Source: an uncultured Roseivirgaceae bacterium
GTDB taxonomy: Bacteria > Bacteroidota > Bacteroidia > Cytophagales > Cyclobacteriaceae
NCBI GenBank assembly: GCA_964542855.1
Contig: CAZIWJ010000001.1
Coordinates: 1 to 48,138 of the forward strand
Length of the DNA: 48,138 nucleotides
Direction: 5' to 3'
The first letter of the stretch is position 1. Each line of letters begins with the position of its first letter. Both the position numbers and the translations under genes were made by a program. Positions 20,496 to 29,031 of this stretch are shown piece after piece. The notes below the pieces were generated by a model. It ran no database searches and was not told the DNA's origin. It was given only the letters and a program-made list of their open reading frames with translations.

Positions 20496-23400
20496 ATGTC
20501 CAGTTTATCTTCAATAAGTATCAACCGCCCGGTGCTGGCGATTGTAATGTCGATTGTTATTATCCTGTTCGGGGTAATCAGCTACAATTTTCTGGGGGTG
20601 AGAGAATACCCGAGTGTAGATCCACCTAGAATTACCGTTTCTACCAGTTACACAGGGGCCAATGCCAATGTTGTGGAATCACAGATTACCGAACCGCTGG
20701 AAGAATCGGTTAACGGAATTGCAGGAATAAAAAGCCTTACTTCAGTAAGCCGCGATGGCAGAAGCACAATTACGGTTGAATTTAACCTGGACATTGACTT
20801 AGAAACGGCTGCTAACGACGTACGTGATAAAGTTTCGCGTACTATTCGTTCCCTCCCTGATGATGTTGATCCACCAACCGTAAGTAAGGCAGATGCCGAC
20901 CGTGACCCTATTGTGTTTCTCAGTGTAAAAGGTGAGAAGCGTTCGCTGCTAGATCTTAGTGCAATTGGATTAAGCTATTTCAAGGAACGCTTTCAAACCA
21001 TTCCGGGGGTAAGCCAGGTTGACATCTGGGGTGACAAACGGTACTCCATGCGTTTATGGATGGATGCTGATAAACTGGCGGCTTACAACCTTACCCCTGT
21101 TGATGTACTTAATGCTGTAGATCGCGATAACGTGGAACTGCCTTCCGGGCGGATTGAAGGCCTGGCAACTGAGCTAACCGTAAGAACCAAGGGAAGACTT
21201 ACCACACCGGCCGAATTCAATGAGCTTATTATAAAAGAAGAAGGAGAGAATGCAATTAAGTTCCGCGACGTAGGAAACGCTATGTTAGGCCCGGAAAACG
21301 AAAGAACCATTCTGAAACGTGATGGAATTCCCATGATTGGCGTGGTGCTCCGCCCGCAGCCTGGTTCCAACAATATTGAAATTGCCAACGAATTTTATAA
21401 GCGGTTAGACATTATTAAAAAAGAAATTCCAGCCGACCTGGAACTGGGTATTGGTTTCGATAAAACGGAATACATTAGGCAATCCATTACGGAAGTACAG
21501 CAAACTGTTGTAGTGGCTTTTATACTGGTGGTTGTTATTATTTTCTTCTTCCTGCGCGATTGGCGGACAACTGTTATCCCCGTAGCTACGATCCCGATTT
21601 CATTAATCGGTACGTTTGCCATTATGTACTTCGCCGGCTTTTCCATTAATGTTCTTACCATGCTGGGCATCGTGCTGGCAATCGGGTTGGTAGTAGACGA
21701 TACCATTGTGGTACTGGAAAATATCTACACGAAAATTGAAGGAGGAATGAAACCCGTTGAGGCCGGGTTAAAGGGTTCGAAAGAAATTTTCTTCGCCGTT
21801 ATTTCCACCACAGTTGCCCTGGCTTCGGTATTCCTGCCCGTTATATTTTTGCAGGGACTTACCGGTCGTTTGTTCCGTGAATTCGGAGTAGTAGTGGTTG
21901 GCTCAGTAATTATATCATCATTTGTGGCCCTTTCGCTGGCTCCCATGCTTTGCTCGCGAATACTGAAACGTAGGCCCAGAAAACCACTGGTTTACCGGGC
22001 CACTGAACCCTTCTTCAAGTGGATGAACGATGGGTATAACCGGTCGCTGGAAAGTTTCATGCAAAGAAAGTGGCTGGCCTTTGTGGTGCTAGGTGTATCG
22101 ACCGGATTAATTTATTTATCAGGTAACGCACTAGACAGTGAGCTGGCACCCCAGGAAGACCGGGGGGAATTTCGAATCTTTACTACCGGACCGGAAGGGG
22201 TAACATTTGAATACATGGATAACTACCTCGATAAAATCATTGCCCTGGTTAAAGAAGAAATCCCCGAAAACGAAGCGATCATTACCGTAACTTCTCCTGG
22301 GTTCGGGGCTTCATCTTCGGTAAACTCGGGGTTTGTGCGGGTTATTCTGCAAGATGTAGGAGAGCGCGAAAGAAGCCAGCAGGAAATTGTAGCTAATTTT
22401 CAGCCCAAGTTATCAGAACTTACACAGGCCCGCTCTTTCATTTCGCAGCCCAAATCACTGAGCGGCCGATCTCGAGGGCTGGATGTAGAATACGTAATCC
22501 AGGCAGCCGACCTGGAGAAGATCAAGCCTATTCTTCCCAAGTTTATATCCAGGGCTAATGAAGACCCAACCTTTGCTTTCGTACGAACAGACCTGAAGTT
22601 CAACAAACCGGAAATTGAAATTGAAATTAACCGTGACAAAGCTCGTAGTTCGGGAGTATCGGTACGTGATATTGCCCAAACCTTGCAACTAGCCCTGAGC
22701 GGGCAGCGGTTCGGCTACTTTATCATGGATGGTAAACAATACCAGATTATTGGTCAGGTTGGGCGAAACGACCGCGATGACCCGTTAGATTTACGTTCGC
22801 TTTACGTAAAAAACTCCAGAGGTGAACTAATTCAGCTCGATAACCTGATCTTCCTAAATGAAGATAGTACTCCGCCCCAGTTGTTCCGGTACGACCGGTA
22901 TGCTTCGGCTACCATTTCGGCCAGCCTGGTTCCAGGCAAAACAGTAAGTGAAGGAATTGCCGCTATGAATATGATTGCCGATGAAGTTCTGGACGATTCT
23001 TACCGCACCACGCTTTCCGGTAACTCCAAGGAATTCCGGGAAAGTTCTTCCAACTTGCTTTATGCTTTCCTGTTTGCCATTATCTTAATTTACCTGGTGC
23101 TATCAGCCCAGTTTGAAAGCTTTCGGGATCCCATGATTATCATGTTCACCGTTCCACTGGCTGTTGCCGGTTCACTGGGTTCACTATGGTACTTTAATGA
23201 AACACTGAATATATTCAGCCAAATCGGTATTATTATGCTGATTGGGCTGGTAACCAAAAATGGAATTCTCATCGTGGAATTTGCTAACCAGCGGAAGTCG
23301 CAGGGTTTCAGCACGGAAGAGGCAATTATCGGGGCCGCAAAGTCGCGTTTTCGTCCAATCCTGATGACCAGCTTTTCTACCATACTGGGTATTCTACCTT

Positions 23401-23555
23401 TAGCCCTGGCACTGGGTGCCGGGTCGGAAAGTAGGGTATCGATGGGTATTGCTGTTATTGGCGGATTAATTTTTGCCACGATCCTTACCCTTTACGTTAT
23501 TCCGGCTATTTATACTTACGTGAGTTCGCAAGTGGCCCGTATGGCAAGAAGTTAA
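20496..23555 (+). CDS. efflux RND permease (AcrB/HAE1-like)
   Basis: The 1019-aa product has 12 TM helices arranged as two repeats, each preceded by a large periplasmic loop. Typical N-terminal and TM4 motifs are SISINRPVLAIVMSIVIILFG and VVDDTIVVLENI. Confidence 0.95.
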   Translation: MSSLSSISINRPVLAIVMSIVIILFGVISYNFLGVREYPSVDPPRITVSTSYTGANANVVESQITEPLEESVNGIAGIKSLTSVSRDGRSTITVEFNLDIDLETAANDVRDKVSRTIRSLPDDVDPPTVSKADADRDPIVFLSVKGEKRSLLDLSAIGLSYFKERFQTIPGVSQVDIWGDKRYSMRLWMDADKLAAYNLTPVDVLNAVDRDNVELPSGRIEGLATELTVRTKGRLTTPAEFNELIIKEEGENAIKFRDVGNAMLGPENERTILKRDGIPMIGVVLRPQPGSNNIEIANEFYKRLDIIKKEIPADLELGIGFDKTEYIRQSITEVQQTVVVAFILVVVIIFFFLRDWRTTVIPVATIPISLIGTFAIMYFAGFSINVLTMLGIVLAIGLVVDDTIVVLENIYTKIEGGMKPVEAGLKGSKEIFFAVISTTVALASVFLPVIFLQGLTGRLFREFGVVVVGSVIISSFVALSLAPMLCSRILKRRPRKPLVYRATEPFFKWMNDGYNRSLESFMQRKWLAFVVLGVSTGLIYLSGNALDSELAPQEDRGEFRIFTTGPEGVTFEYMDNYLDKIIALVKEEIPENEAIITVTSPGFGASSSVNSGFVRVILQDVGERERSQQEIVANFQPKLSELTQARSFISQPKSLSGRSRGLDVEYVIQAADLEKIKPILPKFISRANEDPTFAFVRTDLKFNKPEIEIEINRDKARSSGVSVRDIAQTLQLALSGQRFGYFIMDGKQYQIIGQVGRNDRDDPLDLRSLYVKNSRGELIQLDNLIFLNEDSTPPQLFRYDRYASATISASLVPGKTVSEGIAAMNMIADEVLDDSYRTTLSGNSKEFRESSSNLLYAFLFAIILIYLVLSAQFESFRDPMIIMFTVPLAVAGSLGSLWYFNETLNIFSQIGIIMLIGLVTKNGILIVEFANQRKSQGFSTEEAIIGAAKSRFRPILMTSFSTILGILPLALALGAGSESRVSMGIAVIGGLIFATILTLYVIPAIYTYVSSQVARMARS

Positions 23556-23681
23556 TTAATTAAAGACTGTTTAAACAAAACAGGTAAGCTAAATAACAAT
23601 ACCAAAAGTATGTTTAATTTTTTCTACAGCATTACTGTGTTTGTAGAGCATTTTGTTACCCATTCGTTGAAGTGCTCTATC

Positions 23682-25061
23682 ATGTTATTGAGCAAAAGGA
23701 GGGGAAAGGTTAATTTGCTCCGGAACGGGAAACCCAAGGCATTAGCCCGTATCGCCTGGTTCGGAATTTTTTCACTAATTACTATTTCCCATTCGGCTCA
23801 AGCCCAGCAGGATCCGGAAATATTACAGCTGCAGGATGCCATAACCATCGGATTGGAAAATAACTTTGACATCAAGATCACAGCAAATGAACGTAAAATA
23901 GCAACGAATAACTATGACCTGGGCAATGCTGGTTTTTTACCGGTTTTGGATGCTGATTTTTCCAGGAATTTTCAGGTAGAAGATGCTAATAACGTTTTTG
24001 CAAACAGTGAAAGCCAGGAAGTAGAAAATGCGCAAAGCAATACACTGGGTGCCGGTGTGAACCTGGAATGGACCATATTTGATGGTACCCGTATGTTCGT
24101 CACCTACAACCGTTTGTCTGCTTTAAAAACATTCAGTGAACTACAGGCCCGGGAAATAATTGCCAACACGGTGGCTGCTATCACGAGTGCTTATTACACC
24201 GTAATTTTGGAACGGGAAAAGCTACAGTTATTTCAAAATAACCTTTCTTTGTCTGATGAAAGACTTGAAATTGCCGAGGCTAAATACAGCATTGGTAAAT
24301 CATCGAAACTGGAGTACCTGGCGGCACAGGTAGACTATAACGCCGATCAGTCGGCCATGATCCGGCAAACTGAATTAATTTATAACGCCAAAGCCGATCT
24401 GAATACGTTGCTTGCTCGCGACCCGGATATTGATTTTGAGGTACCCGGTCAGATAGATGCCAACCTGGAGTTGGATGGAACGAGGCTCAGGGAATCGTTA
24501 CTAGCAACCAACCCTACACTTCTTCAAACCCGGCAGAACCGTGAAATTGCGGCTTTATCTACTAAAGAGCTGGAAACCGGACGTTTACCTGAGGTATTTA
24601 TTTCCGGGGGATATCGTTTTAATGATGCCGAACGGGGGGCAGGTTTTTTGAGAACCAGCCGCTCCAGCGGGTTTAATTATGGACTAGGCGCCCGCGTTAC
24701 GTTATTTGACGGCTGGAACCAGCAGCGCAACATCCAAAATGCAAAAATAACAGAGGAAACAGCCGTTTACCAGGTTGAGCAAACCCGCAATAATTTAGTA
24801 AACACACTAAAGAAAACCTTCGTAAGATACACCAACAGTATTGATCTGATTGAACTGGAAACTGAAAACCTGGCAGTAGCCCGGGAAAATGCCGACATCG
24901 CTCTCGAACGCTACAAGCTAGGTAGAAGTACATCGCTAGAGTTACGGGAGGCCCAGCGAAATGCCCTGCAGGCAGAAAGCCGCTTAATTGATGCAGTTTA
25001 TGCTACTAAAATTGCAGAGATTGAACTAAACCGGCTGAGTGGTGAGTTAATTACCCCGTAG
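23682..25061 (+). CDS. TolC-family outer-membrane efflux protein
   Basis: The ORF is open from 23610, but ATG 23682 places a basic n-region and signal peptide (…ALARIAWFGIFSLITISHSAQA) at the N-terminus. Two OEP repeats with coiled-coil character are present. The gene completes an MFP-RND-OMF operon. Confidence 0.85.
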   Translation: MLLSKRRGKVNLLRNGKPKALARIAWFGIFSLITISHSAQAQQDPEILQLQDAITIGLENNFDIKITANERKIATNNYDLGNAGFLPVLDADFSRNFQVEDANNVFANSESQEVENAQSNTLGAGVNLEWTIFDGTRMFVTYNRLSALKTFSELQAREIIANTVAAITSAYYTVILEREKLQLFQNNLSLSDERLEIAEAKYSIGKSSKLEYLAAQVDYNADQSAMIRQTELIYNAKADLNTLLARDPDIDFEVPGQIDANLELDGTRLRESLLATNPTLLQTRQNREIAALSTKELETGRLPEVFISGGYRFNDAERGAGFLRTSRSSGFNYGLGARVTLFDGWNQQRNIQNAKITEETAVYQVEQTRNNLVNTLKKTFVRYTNSIDLIELETENLAVARENADIALERYKLGRSTSLELREAQRNALQAESRLIDAVYATKIAEIELNRLSGELITP

Positions 25062-25078
25062 ATACACTTAATTTTTTA

Positions 25079-25462
25079 ATGAACAGAACTGAAAAAAATA
25101 TGGCTTTAAACGTATTGGGAGAAGAACTGATGGGCTGTTGTACGGACCCGATGACCGGTTTTTACCGGGATGGCTATTGTCGTACAGGACCGGATGATGC
25201 CGGTACCCACGTAGTATGTGCCCAGTTAACCAGTGAGTTTTTACAGTACACGAAAAGTTGCGGTAATGATTTATCCAGTCCGCGTCCTGAGTTTGGTTTT
25301 CCTGGTTTAAAACCTGGTGATTTCTGGTGTCTTTGTGCTATACGCTGGAAAGATGCGTATGAAGCAGGTGTGGCTCCTCCTGTAAGATTAGCTTCCACCA
25401 ACGAAGTTGCCCTACAATACATTAATAAAGAAATACTGGAAGAGTACGCCCTGGTTTCCTGA
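25079..25462 (+). CDS. DUF2237-family small Cys-rich protein
   Basis: The 127-aa product shows the pattern LNVLGEEL..CCTDP.TGFYRDGYCRTGPDD.GTHVVCA..T.EFL.....GNDL, which is characteristic of DUF2237. Confidence 0.7.
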   Translation: MNRTEKNMALNVLGEELMGCCTDPMTGFYRDGYCRTGPDDAGTHVVCAQLTSEFLQYTKSCGNDLSSPRPEFGFPGLKPGDFWCLCAIRWKDAYEAGVAPPVRLASTNEVALQYINKEILEEYALVS

Positions 25463-25465
25463 TTC

Positions 25466-25996
25466 TCACTCTACTCTTCCCAGGTTTGCCAGCACTTTAA
25501 TGCTGGTAACTGGGGGAATAGTAGCAGTAATTTCGTCTGGAAGTTCTTCCAGGTCATTCAGTGGAATATCTACAGCCATTTCAATAGTAGCTTGTTCCAG
25601 ACTAAGCAGGTCGACCGTTATTGAATCGGTTTCGCTGAGCAACAATAGCTTATCATCTGCTAGCCTTTGCCACTGCAGGCTGTCGGCAGTTTCGTTTTGA
25701 GCTTGTATGACGCACATATTATCACTCCTGAATTCAAATGTAGTGCCTTCAGGAAGTAGTTCTTCAATTGAAAAAGAACTTTCAATAAGATTTGCACTTA
25801 CTGGCACGCCCAGTTCTTTACTCAATTCCTCAGCTAAAATGTTGTAGAAGGCATCTAAGCTAACTCCATTAACTTCTACCGAACTGTTTTCAATTTCCCA
25901 GATCCCCAGTAAAAGGTTCACACTATCTTCTTCTTCCTGGCAGGAGCCACACAGAACTAGAAAAACGAGGGATAATATGGCCAAAAAGTTTTTCAA
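25466..25996 (-). CDS. hypothetical lipoprotein (possibly lipocalin-like)
   Basis: This 176-aa ORF has a signal peptide with a lipobox-like LVLCGSC and an acidic mature part. It converges on the DUF2237 gene with a 3-bp gap. The fold guess is weak. Confidence 0.5.
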   Translation of the reverse strand: MKNFLAILSLVFLVLCGSCQEEEDSVNLLLGIWEIENSSVEVNGVSLDAFYNILAEELSKELGVPVSANLIESSFSIEELLPEGTTFEFRSDNMCVIQAQNETADSLQWQRLADDKLLLLSETDSITVDLLSLEQATIEMAVDIPLNDLEELPDEITATIPPVTSIKVLANLGRVE

Positions 25997-26961
25997 CGGG
26001 TAAAAGATTTGAATATGATGTAAATATCAGTTATTAAACCTGGCAGTGCCAACTACAAAGCCTGGTTATATTACAATGCATTATCACTGATGAACTTGGA
26101 AAATGAAGCTGGTAACTAGTAAATAAAGATGCTCTATTGCCTTTAAAACCCGTAAACATCAATAATTATAAAACAGAAAATATAACAGATAATAAGAAGC
26201 CTTTTATTTTCTTCTGTATCTTTCAAAAACTTACATACCCAATCTACCCGGAACCGGGCAAAATTCAGCAAACGAATCAACTGTAAGGAAAGGATTGTGC
26301 ATTTAGGAACAGGAGGAGGCTAAAAGTAAAAATTGCAAACGAAAAAGTGGGGCTGAAGTTGCTTGTATATCGATCACAATTCTGTAATTCCCTACAGGAA
26401 ACATCATTCCCAATATAAGTGAATAAATTCAACCTGGTATTAGCTACCCGGGCAGGAGATAGCTTGAGAATAATTCAATAACGGGAAGAAATGGATAAAG
26501 CTGTACAGTGAGGAAAGAACTATCCACTCGGACAGCCATTTATTTACTCAGCATTATCAACTTGAACGTGAAATTTTTTCCTTTGAATTTTCAGTAACAA
26601 TCATGCCATCAAAAATTGTGCTGTTAAACTGCAGCCGTGCCGTTTCCGCCTCCTTTTTTAGCCGGTGCAAGATACCGTATCTGTTGTTACAGGTACATTC
26701 ATTATGCCATTCCCTAATCCATCTGATGGTTCACTTGCCCCTGTTCTTTAACGACAAAGTCGCCATTAATCGTTCGGGTGTAAAGCGAGATGTGCAGCAC
26801 ATTAGATTTAACAGCCTACTACTGAAAGTAAGGGGCGGGTATTAGCCTGAGTTCATCTCAACGACTTATACAGATGCATGGAAGTAATTACTGGTTAATT
26901 CCGAAGTAGGCCAGGGTACTACCTTCACAATGCCTATTTAGTACCTGTTTACCTTTCTTTG

Positions 26962-27507
26962 TCAGGGTAAATTAGAATTACAACGGGTAGTATTAATGGA
27001 ATTAGCAGTAAGGTTTTCCGGATTTTTATTAACTCCAATGTTTGCCGCACCAATCATGTAGTCTTTAAACTGACCGTCTTTTTCCTGGTGAATGCGGATG
27101 CAGCCATTCATTTGCTGAAAATCGGTAAATGATAGCACTTCCTCTCCCTGTCCGGCTTCTTTATTCTGCACGTAGCTTACTATTGTTGTACTTCTGGCCA
27201 AATTATCTTCCACCGGTTTAATCGGGTTAAGCACTGCAGCTACCCCACCTTCAGCTAACAGGTCGTCGTAATGAAGGTGAACCGGATGCTCTCCGTTTGT
27301 ACCTGAAAGGCTAACCGTAATTTCTACTGATTGGTCTGTTCTTTCCCTAACGTTAATTTCACCACTGGTTTGAACACCAAAAAAAGTACCACCGATAATG
27401 GAATAGGTAGCTGATTTGCCGGTATATACCGTACTGCCCTCGGGAGATGATTGCTCACATCCCCAGGCGAAAGTTAGCAAGAATAAAAAAATGATGGGAA
27501 TTCTCAT
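26962..27507 (-). CDS. hypothetical lipoprotein (loose resemblance to a Cu/Zn-SOD-like or CHRD-like beta-sandwich)
   Basis: This 181-aa ORF has a signal peptide and lipobox (LLTFAWGC). Segments such as SGEINVRERTDQSVEITVSLSG..GEHPVHLH......AEGG....LNP and CIRIHQEKDG loosely follow the SOD-like strand and ligand spacing, but most metal ligands are not evident. Confidence 0.5.
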   Translation of the reverse strand: MRIPIIFLFLLTFAWGCEQSSPEGSTVYTGKSATYSIIGGTFFGVQTSGEINVRERTDQSVEITVSLSGTNGEHPVHLHYDDLLAEGGVAAVLNPIKPVEDNLARSTTIVSYVQNKEAGQGEEVLSFTDFQQMNGCIRIHQEKDGQFKDYMIGAANIGVNKNPENLTANSINTTRCNSNLP

Positions 27508-27586
27508 GTTTTGAACGTTTTACTATTGTTTTGAACGTTATAGTAATTATAACGAAGAATACGCTTAAATGATATATAAAAAATTT

Positions 27587-27600
27587 TGGTTCTCTGACAA
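27587..27600. repeat. terminal inverted repeat (left end) of the ISL3 remnant
   Basis: TGGTTCTCTGACAA is the exact reverse complement of 28452-28465. Confidence 0.65.
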
Positions 27601-27612
27601 TTTTGGCAGGAG

Positions 27613-28357
27613 CTAAGCAGAACTTGCTAAGATTCGTAGTCTCACGTGCTCAATGTTGGATACTCCAAATGAGATTCGTCTCAAGTAGCGGATCAAATTA
27701 TTGAGACCTTCGGTTACTGCATTAGAATGCCTGAATCTACAAAATTGAGGATTAGTTCTTTCCATTTTCCTGGTGTTTTGAGGAACTTGTCTCAAGCTGA
27801 TTTTTCAGTAGAACGCACCTCTTGTTCCCATCGTTGTAACCACGTTCTTGCCTGTGCTTTGTTTTGGATCGACTCATAGATGGTATGAAAGCTGTTGCGC
27901 AGTTCATACGCCTTGTTAAATTGTTGGGATAGTGTCCCCTCAACGGGGGCATGTCGAGGACTCGCGAGGGCTTGTAGACGACCTTCACGGGCATATCGAG
28001 GTCCCGCGAGGGCTTGTAGACGATTTTCACTGGCATATCGAGGTCCCGCGAGGGCTTGTAGAGGAAAGATAATAAAAAAGTTACGCTCGCGTGTGCGATA
28101 AATTTGCGTGGAAGTGTTTAATGAACTGTGCGAGTATCGGATTCATCAAAAGCCAGAGCCAAGGCCTGGACTTGTTCATCAGTAAGATGTTCAGGGCGTT
28201 TGAATACTATCCATTGCAGTCTCTTGAAGTTATCCTGGTCAGCGTGTTCCCGCCGTAGGGTCTTACGTATCACATCCAGCACATCGTTCAACGCTTTCAC
28301 AACATGAATGAGCGTCATGCTCGCCATGCCAGTGGAGTATAATCTGATTGCTTTCAT
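27613..28357 (-). pseudogene. ISL3-family transposase pseudogene (C-terminal portion only, frameshifted and interrupted)
   Basis: Three minus-strand fragments in different frames each match ISL3 transposase blocks. (1) ...LIHVVKALNDVLDVIRKTLRRE......RLQWIVFKRPEHLTDEQ, which is the FHVVK...RWLLLK..E.L. block. (2) QQFNKAYELRNSFHTIYESIQNKAQARTWLQRWEQEV. (3) ...ILNFVDSG / RHSNAVTEGLNNLIRYLRRISFGVSNIEHVRLRIL, which is the SNG.TEG.NNKIK..KR.A.GF.N...F..RI block. Stops and frameshifts separate them, and the N-terminal half is absent. Confidence 0.7.
27948..28062. repeat. 42-bp tandem repeat, about 2.75 copies
   Basis: The units lie at 27948-27989, 27990-28031 and 28032-28062 (partial). Unit 2 is GGCATATCGAGGTCCCGCGAGGGCTTGTAGACGATTTTCACT. 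Unit 3 is identical to the first 31 bp of unit 2, and unit 1 differs from unit 2 at 6 of 42 positions. Confidence 0.9.
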
Positions 28358-28451
28358 AGGCTACCTTATCCACCTTCAGTTCAGGTGAGGCTAACAATTG
28401 TTCAAAAAATATGCGCTCATTTATAATGAAAGCTATCACTTTCCGCCATTT

Positions 28452-28465
28452 TTGTCAGAGAACCA
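28452..28465. repeat. terminal inverted repeat (right end) of the ISL3 remnant
   Basis: TTGTCAGAGAACCA is the exact reverse complement of 27587-27600. Confidence 0.65.
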
Positions 28466-28578
28466 TAATTTTCTAATGTCTTGTTTGTCAATTCTTTTCA
28501 TCATTTTATAGAAAATAGGCTCATCTTTTATTGAATTCGTAAGTTAACCTGTATAATTGCACCGCTAACTATTTAGTA

Positions 28579-29031
28579 ATGACTGCCCCTGAATTACAGA
28601 GCTACCTGCACCAGAAAATTCCTATTTCCCGTTCGCTTGGGGTTGAAGTTCTCGACTTTAGCTACGAGATGGTCCGAATTAAAGCGCCATTTGAACCGAA
28701 CATCAACCACGAAGCCACCATTTTTGGAGGAAGTATTGCCTGCCTGCTTTTACTGGCAGGTTGGTCGAGAGTGCGCTTTCTTTCACTCGACTTTGAACCT
28801 CTCCCCCGCATTGTGGTACAAAATAGTGAAGTAGACTACCGTAACCCGGTAACCGGCGACTTTATTGCCTGCTGTATAGCTCCCCCTGAAGAATCTGTTT
28901 CAGCGTTTGCTCGAACCTATACCAAAAGAAAAAAATCCCGCATCAATGTAGAAGCCTACATTGAAGGGGATTCTAATGAAAAAGCCGCCCTTTTTCAGGG
29001 GCGGTACGTGGTATTTGATAAAAAGAAATGA
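28579..29031 (+). CDS. putative hotdog-fold thioesterase (YiiD C-terminal-domain-like)
   Basis: The 150-aa product shows the pattern ...IPISRSLGVEV......V.I.APFEPNINHEATIFGGSIA.L..LAGW, which resembles the YiiD_C/PaaI-like thioesterase family. The call is by recognition only. Confidence 0.5.
   Translation: MTAPELQSYLHQKIPISRSLGVEVLDFSYEMVRIKAPFEPNINHEATIFGGSIACLLLLAGWSRVRFLSLDFEPLPRIVVQNSEVDYRNPVTGDFIACCIAPPEESVSAFARTYTKRKKSRINVEAYIEGDSNEKAALFQGRYVVFDKKK

Larger units (their letters stand above)
27588..28464 (-). mobile_element. internally deleted, non-autonomous ISL3-family insertion sequence remnant
   Basis: The termini are perfect 13-bp inverted repeats, GGTTCTCTGACAA at 27588-27600 and its reverse complement at 28452-28464. 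They continue imperfectly inward (TGGC.GG). The flanking 8-mers AAAATTTT and ATAATTTT match at 7 of 8 positions. The interior holds only broken ISL3 transposase fragments. The total length of 877 bp is well below the typical ISL3 length of about 1.2-1.5 kb. Confidence 0.7.

Noticed and set aside
19370-25061. The MFP-RND-TolC operon as something unusual.
   Set aside because: It is a standard tripartite HAE1-type efflux operon with canonical motifs. Only the TolC start needed correcting, from 23610 to 23682, to expose the signal peptide.
26349-26520. tmRNA-like (GGGGCTGAAG at 26349-26358) and RNase P P4-like (GAGGAAAGAAC at 26510-26520) strings in the ORF-free region.
   Set aside because: These are only short partial matches. 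The expected continuations are absent: the tmRNA acceptor/T-arm ending in CCA, and GAGGAAAGTCCGGGC plus the other conserved regions of RNase P. They are most likely chance similarity.
26603-26845. An 80-aa plus-strand ORF in the ORF-free region.
   Set aside because: It has a Leu/Ser/Cys-rich, low-information composition and no recognisable start context. It runs antisense to the more protein-like minus-strand fragments, so it is likely a shadow ORF.
27752-28036. A 94-aa minus-strand ORF (MPVKIVYKPSRDLDMPVKVVYKPSR...) in the ORF track.
   Set aside because: Its N-terminal half is just the translation of the 42-bp tandem repeat. The rest is an out-of-frame read through the ISL3 transposase remnant, whose real homology (QQFNKAYELRN...) lies in another frame. 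It is not a gene.
27948-28062. A possible CRISPR array, because of regularly repeated sequence.
   Set aside because: The 42-bp units are directly adjacent with no unique spacers between them, and there are fewer than 3 copies. No cas genes occur in the window. It is a tandem minisatellite, not a CRISPR array.
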